Translations under genes and position numbers: made by a program
NCBI RefSeq assembly: GCF_026210795.1
Contig: NC_089432.1
Coordinates: 3,472,001 to 3,536,000, forward strand
Direction: 5' to 3'
Length of the DNA stretch: 64,000 nt
From: Rhizophagus irregularis
Lineage: Eukaryota
Notes under the pieces: generated by a model
What the model saw: only the letters and a program-made list of their open reading frames with translations
Told to the model about the DNA's origin: nothing
Database searches by the model: none
Shown here: positions 37,857 through 50,681 of the stretch, one piece after another
Layout of the letters: the number at the start of each line of letters is the position of its first letter
Numbering within the stretch: the first letter of the stretch is position 1

Positions 37857-40572
37857 CATCAGTAAATTTTTTGGGGTGCAGATCCTTAGAAATTCCAAAA
37901 ATCCCGTAATTAGTAAAGATCCCTAAGAATCCTTCCCCACCAGCGAGGATTCCCTATCATAAAATTTTTATAGAATCCTTAAGGATCCATTAAGGAATCC
38001 TTAAGGATATTTATTGTTATATTTATTTATATATTTATCGATAGATTTATTGTTAATTTATTTATTTATAGATTTATTAATGTATTTATTAATTTTATTT
38101 ATTTGTCAATATATTATTACATATTTTTTCAAATTAATAAAATATAAAGAAAATTCAAAATAAAAATTAAAGATAAATAAAACATAGCTTCTTAATATAC
38201 ACTTTCTACCGAAAAACATTAAATGATAGATTTAGCAGCAAAACTTATCATTTTTAAATTCTTATTCTCCCAATACCCTAGATAACCTAAAATAAAGAAC
38301 GTTATTTAACTTTTATAAAAAAAAAGAAAATAAACAAGATGTTTTTTAATGAAACTTATCATTTTTAAATTATTAACTTTTCTATCAATACCTAGACAAC
38401 CTACAAAAAAAACAAGTAAAAAAAATATTAATAAATATTTTTTTTTTAAAAAGGAGTTTCTAAAAAGACTCCAAATCTTAGCCAAAGTTTCAAGCAGTTT
38501 AAACTAAATTGTAAATTTTGCGGCTACAAAGTTCATATTTAGTAATGTAAAGTACATTCAGTCTAAAAAAACGTGAAAAAAAGAAAAATAAATGAATATT
38601 TAATAATGTTTATTAAAACAAAAAAAAAGTGAAAACAATCTTTTTTTTACTCACCCAATTTCATTATATTATCATATTTCACATCAATAAAAATGGTGTG
38701 AAAACAGATTCTATCCATATACTTCAATATCTGGATGCTGCTTTATCATAATATCCAGACTCCAGAGAGTATCAAAAAACCACCTAAAAAAGAAAATAGA
38801 ACGAACATTAAGTAATATTTGTTAGAATAAAAAAAAAATTTTCAAACTAAATAAAGAAAAATAACTGATTACTTTTTTACTTGTAAATTTTTTCTTACTT
38901 TATTGGTTCCATATCTATAGAGACTCAGAAAAACTGCTTAAAAAAGGAAAGAAAATGAATTAGTAATGTTCGTTAAATTAAATAAAAAAAAAAATCTTTT
39001 TTTACTTACCGATATTCTAAGTCTAGAGAGACTTGAAAAACGGCCTAAAAAAAGAGGATTTCACATCCAGAAAATATTCAAAATCCGCCTAAAAAAAAGA
39101 AAATAAACGAACAGTTAGTAATGTTTATTTATATAAAGAAAAACTCGAAAAGAATGAAAAAATATTATTTTCTTACCTACCAGTCCCACGTCCGGAGGCT
39201 CAAAAAAAATGCCTAAAAAAAAAGAAAAAACAAACAGTTAATAATGTTTATTAAAATAAAAAAATAAAAATTTTTTTTCTATTTTACTTGCCAAATGTCC
39301 CGTTCAAATACCCAAAAACTCAACCGTCTAAAAAAAAAGAGAACAGTTTATTTAGTAAAGTTCTTTAATAAAAGGAAATATCACTTTTTTACTTACCGAA
39401 ATCCACATTCAAATACCCAAAAAAAGGATGCCTAAAAAAAAAGGAAATAAAATGGAACGTTAGTTAACGTTTTGTTAAAATAAAAAAAAAATTAAAAAGT
39501 TCGAGCTTACCATAATGCAGCGTGCAGGAAAATCTAAAAGAACCTAAAAAAAAGAAACACTAGTTAATGTTTTGTTAAAATAAAAAAAAATTTTACCAGT
39601 TACTGCAAGAAAATCTAAAAGAACTGCTTAAAAAAAAGAAACGAAATATTAGAGATTGTTCATTAAAAGACGGAAGAAACAGATAAAAAAAAACAAAAAC
39701 TTAAACTTACCAGAATATCGCCTCCAAAGAAATTCGAAAGAGCTGTCTAAAAAAAAATAAAGAAAATAATTTAGAAACTGCTTATTAGAAGAAATAGTTA
39801 AATCTAAAAAAAATAAAAATAAAATCTTACCAGAATCTGACTGCCGAGTGCTGACTAAAAAAAAATAGCAAAATGTTACTCAACGTTTCATTATAGATTT
39901 TGTAGAGAGAGAAAAAAAATGGGTGAAGATAAAGAATGGGGAAAGAAAGGCAAAAAGGAAGGGAAGGGAGATAAGGACGAAGGAAAGTTTAATTAAAAAT
40001 TTAGACAATGATGGAATAATTAAAAAAAAAATCAGCTGATAAGATTATCAGCTGGTAAGATTATCACATGATACACGTGATACAATATTTTATTTTTTCT
40101 GGTTCTTGTCTATATTATAAAAATAAAATAAAAATTCTTGGATTTCTTAAAGATTTTTATTTAGAAATCTTTAAAAATCAATCCATAGCATATGCTCTTT
40201 GTCTCCCGGCTGGTCAGCCATAGTGTTTGAAGTCATAGCTCTAGTTAATACCAATTCATAGAATTTTTAAGAATCTTTATAATTTATCTAAGAATTTTTA
40301 AGGATTCTATAAATTGCCAGATCCTTAAGGATTCTAAGATAATTTAAGGAATCCTTAAGTATACATGCTGCCCAAATTATTTTGGAATGTCATAATTATA
40401 ATTTAAGATGCTGTAATTCATTCAGTTTATATATAATTTACTATGTAAAGTGCCAAAATAATTTGGGATGCCATAATTGAATTTGGGATTTTACTTATAA
40501 TTACGGCAGTCCAAAATAATTTGAGTGGTATGTATATCCTTAAGGATCTATGGTCCAAAAAATTTACTGATG
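37857..40572. mobile_element. non-autonomous TIR element (2716 bp, 2-bp TSD TT; CMC/EnSpm-like) carrying a micro-exon array
   Basis: 18-bp TIR CATCAGTAAATTTTTTGG...CCAAAAAATTTACTGATG. The empty site ctactattaattgtc occurs in sister tandem units. ATCCTTAAGGAT-type palindromic subterminal repeats. Confidence 0.9.
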
Positions 40573-40915
40573 TTAATTGTCTACTTTTTAACTTATATAA
40601 TTTTATTAATCCTTTATGTTTATAGTTTAATGTATTTTCAATTAACAAAACATATCTTAAATGATGAAAGGAGCAGTGAATATCAGTATCAAAGCTGATT
40701 TGTGAATTTACTATGTGAAGACATGTTTCTTGATTTAAACAATACTATCTAATTACCAATATAAGACTGATAGTTTTTAAAATAACATTTTTAGTATGAC
40801 AGATTAGATGGTATAAAATGTTAAAGAAAGAAAGGAACCAATGGCACATATTGATGGTATATTAAATGATGAAAACAAATTAAAAATTTCAGGATTAACT
40901 GTTAAATATTTTTAT

Positions 40916-41255
40916 GGATAAATCTAATTGTAACAGCCTGTTACACATCTTATTTGTAACAACCTCCAATTTTATCCAATTAAAATTTAAGATCAGGCTA
41001 AATGTAAACAAAAACAAAAAGATCAGTCGTGTAACTAAGACAAAAGAATTTTTTAAAAAATTTAAAGAAACTGCTTATAACTTGAAATTTTGTCTATGAA
41101 ACTGTCTTAAGTACATTAAGTAAAAGTTTTCCAAATTAAATTTTGCATATAAAAATTTTATTTGTAAATTACATACTAAATTTATTATTAAAAAAAAATA
41201 AAAAAAGGATGTTACAAATAAGATATGTAACAGGCTGTTACAAATACATTTATTC
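40916..41255. mobile_element. Mutator-like MITE, 340 bp, 9-bp TSD TATTTTTAT
   Basis: ~50-bp TIRs containing TTGTAACAGCCTGTTACA, G...C ends. TSD at 40907-40915 and 41256-41264. Empty site in sister units. Confidence 0.93.
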
Positions 41256-43089
41256 TATTTTTATAAGGAATAATACTCTCTTAAAACATATAAAGAAAGC
41301 AGAGCAAATTCTTCAAAATGTATATTACAAGAAAGATAACGAAATTAGCTTGGAAGCCCTACCTCAACTTAATAAAATTAAGACTATTTTGAATAAATAT
41401 GATGAATCATTGGAGAAACTGAAGCTACAAAGGATAACTTTGTTGATCTTGATTCAATCTTATTTGTGCCTAGTTATCAAGGCAATTACAAATTTCAACA
41501 ACACTGGTTGACGAAATGGGTAGGTAACATATTTTAAGTTCCTACTATTAATTGTCTACTTTTTAACTTATATGATTTTATTAATTCTTTATATTTATAG
41601 TTTAACATATTTTCAATTAACAAAACATGTCTTAAATGATGAAGGGAGTAGTGAATATCAGTATCAAAGCTGATTTGTAAATTTACTATATGAAGACATA
41701 TTTCTTGATTTAAATAATACTACTATCTGATTACCAATGTAAGACTGATAGTTTTTAAAATAACATTTTTAGTATGACAGATTAGATGGTATAAAATGTT
41801 AAAGAAAAAAAGAAACCGATGGTATATATTGATGGTATATTAAATAATAAAAACAAATTAAAAATTTCAGGATTAACTGTTAAATATTTTTATAAGGAAT
41901 AATACTCTCTTAAAACATATAAAGAAAGCAGAGCAAATTCTTCAAAATGTATATTACAAGAAAGATAACGAAATTAACTTGGAAGCCCTACCTCAACTTA
42001 ATAAAGTTAAGACTATTTTAAATAAATATGATGAACTATTGGAGAAAGCTACAAAGGATAACTTTGTTGATCTTGATTCAATCTTATTTATGCCTAGTTA
42101 TCAAGGCAATTACAAATTTCAACAACACTGGTTGATGAAATGGGTAGGTAACATATTTCAAGTTCCTACTATTAATTGTCTACTTTTTAACTTATATGAT
42201 TTTATTAATTCTTTATATTTATAGTTTAACATGTTTTCAATTAACAAAACATGTCTTAAATGATGAAGGGAGTAGTGAATATCAGTATCAAAGCTGATTT
42301 GTAAATTTGCTATATGAAGACATATTTCTTGATTTAAACAATACTACTATCTGATTACCAATGTAAGACTGATAGTTTTTAAAATAACATTTTTAGTATG
42401 ACAGATTAGATGGTATAAAATGTTAAAAAAAAAAAGAAACTGATGGTATATATTGATGGTATATTAAATAATAAAAACAAATTAAAAATTTCAGGATTAA
42501 CTGTTAAATATTTTTATAAGGAATAATACTCTCTTAAAACATATAAAGAAAGCAGAGCAAATTCTTCAAAATGTATATTACAAGAAAGATAACGAAATTA
42601 GCTTGGAAGCCCTACCTCAACTTCATAAAGTTAAGACTATTTTGAATAAATATGATGAACCATTGGAGAAATAAAGCTACAAAGTATAACTTTGTTGATC
42701 TTGATTCAATCTTATTTGTGCCTAGTTATCAAGGCAATTACAAATTTCAACAACACTGGTTGACGAAATGGGTAGGTAACATATTTCAAGTTCCTACTAT
42801 TAATTGTTTACTTTTTAACTTATATGATTTTATTAATCCTTTATATTTATAGTTTTACATGTTTTCAATTAACAAAACATGTCTTAAATGATAAAGGGAG
42901 CAGTGAATATCAGTATCAAAGCTGATTTGTGAATTTGCTATGTGAAGACATGTTTTTTGATTTAAACAATACTATCTGATTACCAATGTAAGACTGATAG
43001 TTTTTAAAATAACATTTTTAGTATGACAGATTAGATGGTATAAAATGTTAAAAAAAGAAAGGAACCGATGGCACATATTGATAGTATAT

Positions 43090-44003
43090 TAAATGATGAA
43101 AACAAATTAAAAATTTCAGGATTAACTGTTGAAGAAGCATCGAAGGAACAAGACCACAATATTTCCCATATCCACCACCTTCATCATATTCTAAATCTAC
43201 ATGATTTTTTTCTGCTTTTTCCTGTAATCATTTGCTTGAATAGCCTGTTCTTACCGGTGAGTTATAACAAAATTTATATTTTTCTCATCTTTTGTCATTA
43301 TTTGCCAATAATACCAAATACTTACATAATTTCTTTCTTGCTTCTTATAGTCAAACCTGCCTAAAAAACACATTTGCGTTATTATAGAGCAACCTGATGC
43401 CACCAGTAAGTGGGTCATAATAAATTAGTCAATGTAAGTGAATGCGTCTTGATTTCTTAGGTTCTTTCATCTTATTAGGAATAGAAAATTTGACAGCTGG
43501 TATTGCAGGAATCCAATTTCAAGGTAATTGATTGTTTTGGCTATATAAGAATTTTATTACGAAATATTTAAATACTCTTTACTCACATTCCATCTAATTG
43601 CAAAAAAAATAAGGAAATATGGATGCACTATAATGATGAATACGTCCCTATTAAACAAAGTACTTACGCTCTGACAAATACTTAAAAGTATTGTCAAGAG
43701 CATTAAGACAGTGGAAGAGGAGGAAGATGAGGATAAGGCCATGATTCTGTGGGCAACACATGTCAAATGATCAAAAATAGGCAAAAAAAATGGCGCAAAT
43801 CGCATAAACTATTCGCAAATTTGTATAAACTATTTACAAATAGTATAGGTTAATTCGTAAATAGCCAAAAACAGCCAAGAATAGCCAAGAATAGCCAAGA
43901 ATAGCCACTGCTTTTCGCGCCATTTTTTTTGCCGATTTTTAGCATTTCGACCTGTGCAACTTAGATATTCCTAATATTTGCAAGGAAGATGATTTGTTTG
44001 CTA
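43090..44003 (+). repeat. inverted paralog of the CRN pseudogene segment at 26120-26905
   Basis: Reverse-complement similarity throughout, e.g. GACAGCTGGTATTGCAGGAATCCAATTTCAAGGTAATTG and GAGGAGGAAGATGAGGATAAG. Confidence 0.85.
43757..43956. mobile_element. CAC-ended MITE, 200 bp, 3-bp TSD CAA (CMC superfamily: CACTA/Chapaev3-like)
   Basis: ~40-bp TIR CACATGTCAAATG..GGCAAAAAAAATGGCGC. CAA at 43754-43756 and 43957-43959. Empty site in the paralog at ~26165. Confidence 0.88.
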
Positions 44004-44007
44004 TGTT

Positions 44008-47000
44008 ATTGGTAATAAAATAAAAAACACCATTATTTGAAATATTTCTTTATCTATTACATTAACAATTAATAAGCAATTCTTAAAATTTGTTAACTGT
44101 TAATTTTAGCTAGTTATTACAATTGTTAAAAGCTATAATAAAGTTTAATTAATTAATTAAAGTTAAATAACTTTTATATACAATGCGCATTTGTCCTATT
44201 TGAATTTAATTAAAGAAATCTTAATGATTAATAATCTAATAATCTTTGGATGTTATTAATACATTTGTGAAAATTAAAAATTGAATAATCAAAATAATAA
44301 TCATAGATGAGAAAATAAATAAAAATTTTATTTTTAATTTATAGTTTAATATAAATATATTGAACAAAACATTAATATTTAGCCAAGTCTTTAAAAAATT
44401 TGTTGTCATCTGGTCACTAGCAGCAAGGGGAAAAGGAAGGGGAAAGAGCGAGGGAATAAGAGAAAGGGAAAGGGAAAAGGAAAGAAGAAAAACAAGAGAA
44501 GAACGAGGACATCACCCACCTATACACAACCCACACTCCCAACCTACATAGTACATACCTAAAAGAAAATATAAAAAAAGGGAGCCAACGAAAAGATCTA
44601 ATAAAAAGAAGATCCAGTAAAGTGCGATCTGGTCAGCTGATTATCCAGTCACCTGAGCCGGTTACACACGGATATGCCGATCATTTCCTTTTTGGGTGAT
44701 ACCCACCTACAAAAATTATTTTTCTAAACATGGAAATGCCACTTTTGGAAATTTGTGTAACTTTCAACTCAAAAAAAGAAAATGATCGACAAGATCACGT
44801 GACTTGACCGAATCAAAAAATAAAAGAAAATCTAAAGAAAAGAGAAGAGAAGAGAAGACAGAGAGTCCAGAGACACTTAAAAAAAGGTATTGGGTTTATA
44901 TTTAGATTTGCCACCAAATTTTTTTACAGCTACATTATTTTATAATTATTATTAATAAAAATATATTACTCAGATCTAGTGATTTAACAAGTTAAAACTA
45001 TTTCAACAACGTTGTTAATTATAATTCTGTTGAAACCAATCAGTTAAGTCAGCATCATTATAAACAATATTCAATTAACTTTCCATAAAATTCTTTCATC
45101 TTTTTTAAAAAAAAAAGGTATAAATAGCTTACTCCGACACACTCTTCTGCCTACCCAATTTGCAAATAAAGCGTAATTTGTATTAAAGGTTTCTATGTTA
45201 AAGGTTTCATTATATAAAGTTGTGTTGATATGTTGTCGTAAATAAGAGTTCAAGAATTGCGATTCAAATATCCGCAGAAAGGTATAAGATGAAAAAAATA
45301 CTAAATGAAAAATCAAGTAAACATATCTCCTAAGTAAACATACCTCTTTTTAAGTTCATTTCATTTAAACTTTTGAACATAGATCTCTCACACACGTGAT
45401 CCATAATGACAAAAATTACGACTTTTTCCAGAAACAGGTTTGAATTGTTTTGTTAAAAAATGTTTGAAGTTTTTTATAGTTGGTAAAATACCAGATTAAT
45501 TAGTTAAAAAACTAGAAGTAATGTAAACTTTTTCAAATGCATTTCATAATAAATACATTTGGTAAAATTAATGTTGACTGAATACAATTTGAAAATTAAA
45601 ATACAATTTGGTTTTAAATTGTGAAAAAAAAATCCTATATACTTTAAATTTCATAATATTTATACTATTTTAAAATTTGTTATAATGTTTAAAACATGAA
45701 CTGATGAACATAATAACATTCTACATAATTAAAGTATTTGTAACAAAATAAACACAGCTGTTTTGTTAATTATTTTTGAGCATCTTCTTAATTCCACGTT
45801 AATAGAAGTGTTGGTACACGCTGGTCTTGCCATGTAAGAGAAAGTTATGCAGCACCCTCATTATAATTTAACAATAATTTGGTATCCTGAGATGACGCAT
45901 GTGTTATCAGTAAAGAATCATTAAAAAAATGTATTTGATTTTTTTCTAGGAATAATGTGAGTGCAAAAGTCCGGTAATTATTTTTTAAAATAAATGATTT
46001 TTAATTTTCTTTAGAAAATGAAAATGAGAACAAACCAGTTACTAAAAAAAAATAAAATCATACGTGAAAATGAATAAATACTTGAAAATATCGTCTAAAA
46101 AATGTAGTCTTCATGATAAAAATTATGGGATAACTTGATGACTTGGTGGTCAATTTATAGTGATCATATAATCTTTTTTTTTAGAGCATTAAATTTTTAA
46201 GAAAAATAAGATTATGGATATTTACTTAATAAGATTGTTGAAATTATAATAAGAGGGCAAAAAATGGGTTGATTATAATTCACATAATCACACAATTCGT
46301 GTTTACGGTCATAAAAAAATTTAGATATATTTATTCATATATTCATAGAATAGGAGTATAAAAGGAAAAGAAAATTTTCTTTGAACAGAATTCCAAAAAA
46401 AGGACACAGAAAGGAAGGACTTAGACGATCAAATCCAATCTGACTCATAAATCATGATCCCGAAAATTCAAAATTCTCAACATTCATTATTCTGACACTT
46501 AATAATATTTTCATAAATAAAAATAAAAGGTATCCAGACACCAAAGTCTATTTCACCGAAATCAATTTTGCCAAAGCCATTTCGCTAAAAAGATATTTCA
46601 GGAAAATAAAGTGATTTATTAATTAATATCAGTTACTTGAATGTTAAAGTAATGATATTCTGAAAAAAAAAACTCTAAAAATAATTTAATTTTTATATTC
46701 ATTGCGCGATTTATTAAAATATTAACCGCTACAAAAAAAAAATTTTTATCTTTATATCTTTATATGCAATTGTTATTAAAATTCCACATATTTCTAATCG
46801 ACTAAACAATAGATTTTGCGAAGTATGGTTGATAAATATTAATAAAAATATAATTTTTAAAAATATCATATTACAGGTACGCCTATTTTAACGAACACAC
46901 TTCGGGTCATTAGTAAATTTTTTCTAATTGTCGTTATAATGTGATTTATTATGTTTTATATAATGATATAAAGGAATTCAAAAAATGGTATGTCATTATA

Positions 47001-47034
47001 CAATAATATGTTATTATAACGAGATGTCATTATA
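44008..47034 (+). repeat. left arm of ~3-kb inverted repeat (partner 59896-62962)
   Basis: Colinear reverse-complement similarity along its whole length. Ends inside a truncated pogo-like MITE (46874-47034). Confidence 0.92.
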
Positions 47035-48588
47035 TTTATCAACTTTAACGTTCTCAAATATCAGCGTCTTAATAACCACTCAATTAAATAAAAATTAATA
47101 AAATATTCAATTTGTTATGTAATTTTTTGTATTGAACGTTAATCAGATTTCTCTTACGTATAATAAAATAACGATGCATTTCATTTGGACAAAAAATTTT
47201 GTGGGCTTGATAATAAGATTAAACAAAATGTAATACAATATATAAAAAATTTGCGGTATATTAATGGTCTTTTTTAATTTAAAGGCTTTAATATTTACTA
47301 TTATAAGTTTGCTATAATAGTAAAACAATATAATATTACAATTAATAGCGGCTATATTGCATTACACGATATAAGGCGTCAAATTATGTGCACGTAAAGT
47401 AAGATGTGCTGGAAATTTTTTTAATAATCATATTTGATTATGTCACAATTTTATATAACTTATATAACTTGTCACATACTTTTTTTTCTAATCAATATTA
47501 GATCTGAATTTTACTAATATACACCTCTTCAAGAATTAAATATAAATGAATAAACTTTAAAAAAAATATTTTAAAATTTTATGATATTTAAGATAATATG
47601 ATTTTGATATTATAGAAAGGTAAAATTATATTACACAAGACACTATGAGAAATATTTGGTTATAATATTAGTTATGACTCGTAAGTTAATGAGTCATAAC
47701 TAATTAATTTCGTTGGAAAAACTACTCATATTTCAAAAAAAAAGTATAAATACTTTACCTTTCCTTTATCCTGTAAGTAAGATTTTTTTTTTCTTACAAT
47801 ACATTTTACTTTTTTTTACACTTTATAATAAAATATTTTTTTTTTTACAATATAATAAATTTTCTAAACTTTATAACGAATTTTCTACAAGTACAACAAT
47901 ATTTCACTCTTTTCTATGAAAAATGATTCATTTTTTTTTACATTTTTCTCATTTTCTAAACTTTATAACAAATTCTCTACGTGTTTCATTTTTTTTTTTG
48001 AAACTAAGTTTTTCAGGGCAGCATAACATTTCTTTCTCACGCTAATATCCAGTATTATCCCTCATATTAATCCTTCTAATAACTATGCAACTAAGTACTA
48101 TCACTCTCAATATATATTTGTAGTAAGATGACAAAAGAAAAAATATTCTGCTAATGATAGTTTTAACATTTTTTGTATTAGATATCTAATAATATTTATA
48201 TTATTTACTTTACAACAGAGAGACTTCAAGCTATTAGCAGATGCTATCTGAAGAAGCCTAACAAACAAAGACATCACGTACGCCTAAGAAAGGGATGAAG
48301 TGATGTCTGTAACCAAAATTTCTGCTGATATTTTCAGCAAAGCTAATAGTAAATATTTATTATTTTATTATTTTTATACTTGAATCAATATTAAAAAAAT
48401 CATTTTTTTTATTATAGAGTGATAGGATAAAATGAAGATGAAGGTGTATATAAAACACTCCACATATTATTTGTGCAGTTTTCAGTTGTTTTATAAACTT
48501 ATTTCTTAGAGGAGTTCTTGAAAAAGGGTGTGTATCAAATATTAAAAACACAAAATTTTTTTTTTGATGTTTATACTTATACTTTATA

Positions 48589-48992
48589 CAGTCAAACCTC
48601 GATATAACGAACTCGCGGTTCAAGGGCAAAAGTTCGTTATATAGTAGAAGTTCAGTATGTAAATTTTTTTTGTGTACCGAACTCCATAAGTTTTACCGGT
48701 ATATAAAGTTATCACGTGATTAAAGAATATTAATTTTGGCCAGAAATTAAGATTTAACAGTATAAATTATGTGAAATTTCAACCACGTGATCAAGTTCGG
48801 TATATAAAGAATTTTTTTTATATGCTTTATTATAAACGGTAAATCATAAAAGTTCGGTATACGTTATATCGAGTTTATATGAAATTCAGTATATCGAGAT
48901 TTTTTTAAATAATATGAACCCGGTTTTTAAAAAAAAGTTCGGTAAGTCAAGAGTTCGTTATATCGTGGGTTCGTTATATCGAGGTCAGACTG
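48589..48992. mobile_element. pogo/Tigger-like MITE, 404 bp
   Basis: TA|CAGTCAAACCTCGATATAACGAAC...GTTCGTTATATCGAGGTCAGACTG|TA. Empty site in the local duplicate at ~50010. Confidence 0.93.
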
Positions 48993-50325
48993 TATTTGTT
49001 ATCTGACTTCTTATCATTGGATCATATTTATTCCTTTTTTTATTTATCAGTTATAGCACTATTTTGTATTGAAACATTAAACAACAGATGAAAGTTCTCT
49101 GAATGGTGCATTACCAGTTTTCTAGAAGAGTGTAAAGTAATAAAATGGCTCAAGAGACTTTAAAAGAGGTGTGTATTTTTTTATTTGCAAAGTGGGAAAC
49201 TTTATAAGCTAAAATTACTTTGCTATCAGTGGTGATTTTTTTGGTAGTATTTTATAATGCTTTTTAAATAATATTAATAGAAATTTTTAACATGTCATAT
49301 AAATATCATATTTAATAACATATATATTAATAAGTCTATTAACAAGTATGATATTTAATATTAATATTGTAACTAATATAAAAGGATAATTGTCATATAT
49401 TACAAAATTATTATTTTTTTACATTTTATTGTAATATGGTATTTTAATATATATTAAATTATAATAGCAATTATATTGTCAATTATTACAAAATATACAT
49501 TACAGGATTATTATATGGTAATCAAAAAAATAGGCACTGATAGCTAAGTAGAATGGATAACTCATTGAGTTAGGAAGTTCACAAATTTTACTTAGGAGGG
49601 TACTGAATTTATTTGTTTGAGTTGGATAAGGGTGAGCAAAGTGGGTAATTCCTATAAAATTACCTGCTTTTTCTTTTTTATTTTATTTTTATTTTTATTT
49701 TTTTATTCCCTTTTTTCTTTTTTTTCTTTTTTTTATTTCTCTTGTTCACTTGATAACTAACTCAAGCAAATAACATCTTACTTTGTTATTGATAAAGTCT
49801 GCTAATTCTAAAGGAAGAATTGGCTATGTCTTCTTTATCATTAAATAAAAATTTAGTACACTATTAATAATTTTTTCTTTCTTATAATAGGTAAATGCAG
49901 AGATTTACAATTACTGGTAAAATGAAGAAATTTCCTAAAGGAATTCTTGAAAAAGAGTGCATATCAATTATCAAGTATTAAAAATGTGAAAAATTTTTTT
50001 ATGTTTATACTTTATATTTGTTATCTGATTTCTTATTATTGAATTATATTCAATTATTTATCAATTACAGCATTATTTTGTATTGAAATACTAGACAACA
50101 GATGAAAATTCTCTGAATAGGCAAATCATGGTATATAAAAATATAGTCAAAGATAATATACCCCATGAAGAGGCAAAAAAAAAGCTGTAAGGACTAAGCT
50201 GAGTAGTCAGATCGCATACATTATTATATTATTTTTTTCTTGTGAAGTAAATATTAAGTAATACAATATATCTCTAAAATGAAAATTACACATCTTCCAA
50301 TCATCCTAGCGAGTATGTAAAAAAT

Positions 50326-50628
50326 ATGGAAAAGCTATCAAAGTTAGCAGGACTTGATTATCAAAATTCTATAGTATTTAGCACGCTTATTGGAGAAATC
50401 AAAGTATTAGAGAAAAAATTAAGTAATCATCATTCTCAACTCAAAAAGCTTGAAAGATCTGTAGACTGTATAGAAGAACAAACTGGTCTAGAGCCTGGCA
50501 AAGAACTAACTGATTCCTCTGAATCTAGTTCATCTGAGTCTGAAGTGGAGGAGATAGTTGCATCTGAGTGCAGTTCATTCGAAGAAATGAAAGTCAAATG
50601 CTATAAACCAAAAAAAAAGACTAGATAG
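50326..50628 (+). CDS. small coiled-coil, Ser/Glu-rich hypothetical protein
   Basis: 100-aa ATG ORF with protein-like composition, convergent with the F-box gene. Confidence 0.4.
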   Translation: MEKLSKLAGLDYQNSIVFSTLIGEIKVLEKKLSNHHSQLKKLERSVDCIEEQTGLEPGKELTDSSESSSSESEVEEIVASECSSFEEMKVKCYKPKKKTR

Positions 50629-50681
50629 ATCAAGAGAGTCTAATAGACCGAAAAACTCTGGCTAGCCTACAAAATTCATCT

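Larger units (their letters stand above)
37567..43130 (+). repeat. four tandem ~625-bp copies of a decayed coding segment
   Basis: Units start near 37567, 40906, 41884 and 42509 (..AGGAAT.ATACTCTCTTAAAACATATAAAG). Unit 1 carries a 2.7-kb insertion and unit 2 a MULE MITE. Confidence 0.9.
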
